The notes under the pieces: generated by a model
The model's database searches: none
Seen by the model: only the letters and a program-made list of their open reading frames with translations
Told to the model about the DNA's origin: nothing
Shown here: piece by piece, positions 17,876 to 20,000 of the stretch
Layout of the letters: every line of letters begins with the position of its first letter
Numbering within the stretch: position 1 is the stretch's first letter
Translations under genes and position numbers: made by a program
Virus record (IMG/VR): IMGVR_UViG_3300009034_002461
DNA from: an uncultured virus (IMG/VR IMGVR_UViG_3300009034_002461)
Taxonomy: Duplodnaviria; Heunggongvirae; Uroviricota; Caudoviricetes
DNA: 20,000 nucleotides
Reading direction: 5' to 3' (one strand)

Positions 17876-18088
17876 TTATTCCGGTCCTCTTGAAGAAACA
17901 AATACAATCATACAATCTCTATCTATTTCTATTTCTTGCCATGTAACCGCATGAGTAGCAATAGCACATACTTCATCATCATTTTTACCTGCTTCTCTGC
18001 ACCGTTCCAATAAGCCTGCAAAATCAACAATATCAGCCTGGCTCGCTGGGTGTTCATATGTGCCAATTTTAAATAGGACAACCTTTAT
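17876..18088 (-). CDS. Hypothetical 70-aa protein with apparent ATA start
   Basis: Not in ORF track. Open frame MKVVLFKIGTYEHPASQADIVDFAGLLERCREAGKNDDEVCAIATHAVTWQEIEIDRDCMIVFVSSRGPE* fills the gap between tmRNA and the next gene; AAGGA at 18100-18096 lies 7 nt before ATA. Confidence 0.65.
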   Translation of the reverse strand: MKVVLFKIGTYEHPASQADIVDFAGLLERCREAGKNDDEVCAIATHAVTWQEIEIDRDCMIVFVSSRGPE

Positions 18089-18114
18089 GACAATTTCCTT
18101 TTTCTAAAATATAA

Positions 18115-18427
18115 TGGAGCCGTTGAGAATTGAACTCAAGTCCTGTCATTCCGTTAATAATGCTTCACATGTTTTTTGCCATTATGGTTAGGACAAATTA
18201 CCATACAAACTAAACTACAAGTGGGTTTCTTTGAAACTCAAAAAGTCAACCGATGCCTGGACGAATCATCTATCGGTGTCAATAATTATCCTTCTGCTTA
18301 TTTTAAGCAGCCAATCTTAACTCATTGTCAATTAGACAATTTTCCGTAGGATTTTATTAAACGGCCAACCCACGATCCGTTACATGTAGCATTTACCTCA
18401 AAAATGCAGTCGAAACCTGTCGGCCCC
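18115..18427 (-). ncRNA. ssrA: tmRNA, 313 nt, tag (A)DNELRLAA*
   Basis: 5' GGGGCCGACAGGTTTCGAC; 3' GACTTGAGTTCAATTCTCAACGGCTCCA. Acceptor stem GGGGCCG/CGGCTCC has G3-U. Helix ACATGT/ACATGT; PK1 ACGG/CCGT plus CGTGGG/CCTACG. Tag at 18329-18303, stop within hairpin CTGCTTA-AAA-TAAGCAG. CCA tail not encoded after the discriminator. Confidence 0.95.
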
Positions 18428-18470
18428 AGATTACTAATATATTTAATTGTAAAATAACAATTCCTTCTAG

Positions 18471-18833
18471 TTAATCTATAACTAAATGTCTTGATTTACA
18501 TATCGGACAATATGGATCTGGATCATTTTTCCAATCTTTTTCCGTCCACCATTTCATATTCTTTATGCGATTAATAATATTATGAAACTCTACCATTATA
18601 AAATCTTTAAATTCTATATTAAAATCTCCATAACCATTTGGTTCGCCAGGAACATTGTAATCTAACATAAACCGCTTCCCAACAAGAATCTTCCTTTTAT
18701 CTATACTCTTTTTTAAATATTCTAAAAAATTATCTTTCCAATGAAAAATCGAAATAATAGGATTATAATCTTCTGTCCAAAAATCATCTTGATTCCAATC
18801 ACAATCAAAACAACGGATATACGCCATGTTCAT
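18471..18833 (-). CDS. Hypothetical protein with terminal CxxC pairs (putative Zn-binding)
   Basis: CFDC near N-terminus, CPIC near C-terminus; AAAGGA SD. Confidence 0.7.
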   Translation of the reverse strand: MNMAYIRCFDCDWNQDDFWTEDYNPIISIFHWKDNFLEYLKKSIDKRKILVGKRFMLDYNVPGEPNGYGDFNIEFKDFIMVEFHNIINRIKNMKWWTEKDWKNDPDPYCPICKSRHLVID

Positions 18834-18845
18834 TTCCTTTCATAT

Positions 18846-19097
18846 CTATGCTTTTGACCTCCACTCTGTTCTACAATTGATACATATTCTTAATATACTA
18901 CGATTATCCAAAATTAATCTACGACCTGCATAAGAAATTTCTCCACACTTAGGACAAATAGACGTTGTTCTAACATAAATTCTATTTTTTAATTTTTCTG
19001 ATATATCTTTTATCAACATGCTTCTCGAAATTTCATCAGACGATAACCTACTTATTATTGATTTTATTATCGATTTATAATCTTTTTTTTCTTTCAT
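18846..19097 (-). CDS. Small Zn-ribbon protein
   Basis: CPKCG...CINC; ATGA overlap with upstream gene. Confidence 0.65.
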   Translation of the reverse strand: MKEKKDYKSIIKSIISRLSSDEISRSMLIKDISEKLKNRIYVRTTSICPKCGEISYAGRRLILDNRSILRICINCRTEWRSKA

Positions 19098-19627
19098 TTA
19101 TTCATATATTTCAATATATATTCGGAAAATTCCCAAACAGCACCATGTCCACCATTATGTAGAGAAATGAAATCAGCCACTTCTCGCACTTCTTGAATAG
19201 CATCTTCTGGGCAGCCAGAGAATCCTGCCAATTTCATGCATTTTAAATCATTTTCTGAATCACCCATATACGCTATGTTGTCCCATGATAACCTCAGAGC
19301 ATATAGACTATTAAATAATTTTTCTGTTTGACTTAAATCGCCAATTATTGCATTTATCTCATATTGTTTTGTTACTGCATTCGCAATTAATTTGACAGGA
19401 AAATCCAAACTCTTTATTTTTCTTTTTATACATTTACCATCTGAACCTGTTATAATTATTATTGGTATTTTATTGCGATGCAACTGTTCCAATCCATGAA
19501 AATCCCTTGTATAGAAAGATTTTATAACTCTGCCCTTATCTGAAACTTGATATATGCCATCAGTTAAAACTCCATCAACATCGAATGCGACAACTTTTAT
19601 TTTGCTATCTTTTTTGTCTTCCATCAT
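19094..19627 (-). CDS. kdsC: KdsC/YrbI-family HAD phosphatase (Kdo-8-P or Kdn-9-P phosphatase-like)
   Basis: FDVDGVLTDG, KSFYTRD..G, IITG, K, AYMGDSEND, GGHGAVWE; AAGGAG SD. Confidence 0.85.
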   Translation of the reverse strand: MMEDKKDSKIKVVAFDVDGVLTDGIYQVSDKGRVIKSFYTRDFHGLEQLHRNKIPIIIITGSDGKCIKRKIKSLDFPVKLIANAVTKQYEINAIIGDLSQTEKLFNSLYALRLSWDNIAYMGDSENDLKCMKLAGFSGCPEDAIQEVREVADFISLHNGGHGAVWEFSEYILKYMNK

Positions 19628-19680
19628 TTTATTCTCCTTTCAATATCTTATCATTCCGATAGTATATTATAGAAGAGAAA

Positions 19681-20000
19681 ATGATAACTTTAATTATTTA
19701 TAGCATGTTCATGATTAGTTTTTTAATTACGATTCGCTCTATCGTAATTTTGCTTGGTTTAATAATAGTACCAATTGCATTACTATTTGCTAAAGATGTA
19801 GAAAATACAGATAATGGCGTTTGGCATCTTAGAAAACTTCCTAATTGGGCATGGTTATGGTCAAATGATCGCGATGGCAGTCTGGGCGATAAACGCGGTA
19901 GTTGGAGAAAAAGAGTCGAAAATCCAGAAAGCTTTTGGAATCAATTTTTTTGGCTGGCAATTCGCAATCCGACTAACAATTTCTCTCGTTCTATTATGAG
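19681..20000 (+). CDS. Phage-type membrane protein, partial (runs off window)
   Basis: Frame from ATG 19681 is open to the window end: MITLIIYSMFMISFLITIRSIVILLGLIIVPIALLF...LPNWAWLWSNDRDGSLGDKRG..W...FWLAIRNPTNN. TM segment plus a W-rich RNP motif I recognise from phage hypothetical proteins. Confidence 0.7.
   Translation, partial: MITLIIYSMFMISFLITIRSIVILLGLIIVPIALLFAKDVENTDNGVWHLRKLPNWAWLWSNDRDGSLGDKRGSWRKRVENPESFWNQFFWLAIRNPTNNFSRSIM

Noticed and set aside
18115..18145. tRNA-like T-arm and acceptor end read as a tRNA or attachment site
   Set aside because: It pairs with the 5' end at 18427 as the tmRNA tRNA-like domain; no duplicate copy or integrase is in the window.
19628..19700. Sigma70 promoter in the divergent gap (TATAAT on minus strand, 19671-19666)
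   Set aside because: No convincing -35 or extended -10, and such hexamers are common at this AT content.
19814..19999. Listed 61-aa plus-strand ORF
   Set aside because: Overlaps, out of frame, a longer motif-bearing ORF starting at 19681.
1..20000. Stop-codon reassignment as in some large phages
   Set aside because: Genes are full length in code 11, and TAG and TGA end genes right at junctions with the next gene (e.g. 9605, 15690, 1164).

Overview
Very AT-rich, gene-dense window in standard genetic code (TAA, TAG and TGA all act as stops). It most likely comes from a large bacteriophage: free-standing LAGLIDADG endonuclease, small Zn-ribbon ORFs, a phage-type membrane ORF and paralog arrays. 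A bacterial accessory island cannot be excluded. Positions 1-16553 form one tightly packed minus-strand operon of at least 23 genes. It holds about 10 glycosyltransferase-like genes (GT2, GT2/GT7-C, GT4-like, GT9-like, GT29/GT42-like, an HP-motif GT-B and an unassigned DxD family), 5 SAM methyltransferases, a sulfotransferase, a homing endonuclease and five tandem ParB/sulfiredoxin-fold paralogs with a GGxHR-type motif. No membrane, flippase, polymerase or NDP-sugar synthesis gene is seen in the operon. Upstream on the same strand lie a KdsC-like phosphatase, two CxxC proteins, a compact tmRNA (tag DNELRLAA), three small genes with apparent ATA/TTG/ATT starts, and peptide deformylase. A divergent membrane-protein ORF starts at 19681. 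The most novel element is the soluble glycan-building and decorating operon ending in the ParB/Srx array. All family calls come from motif recognition by eye; no searches were run.
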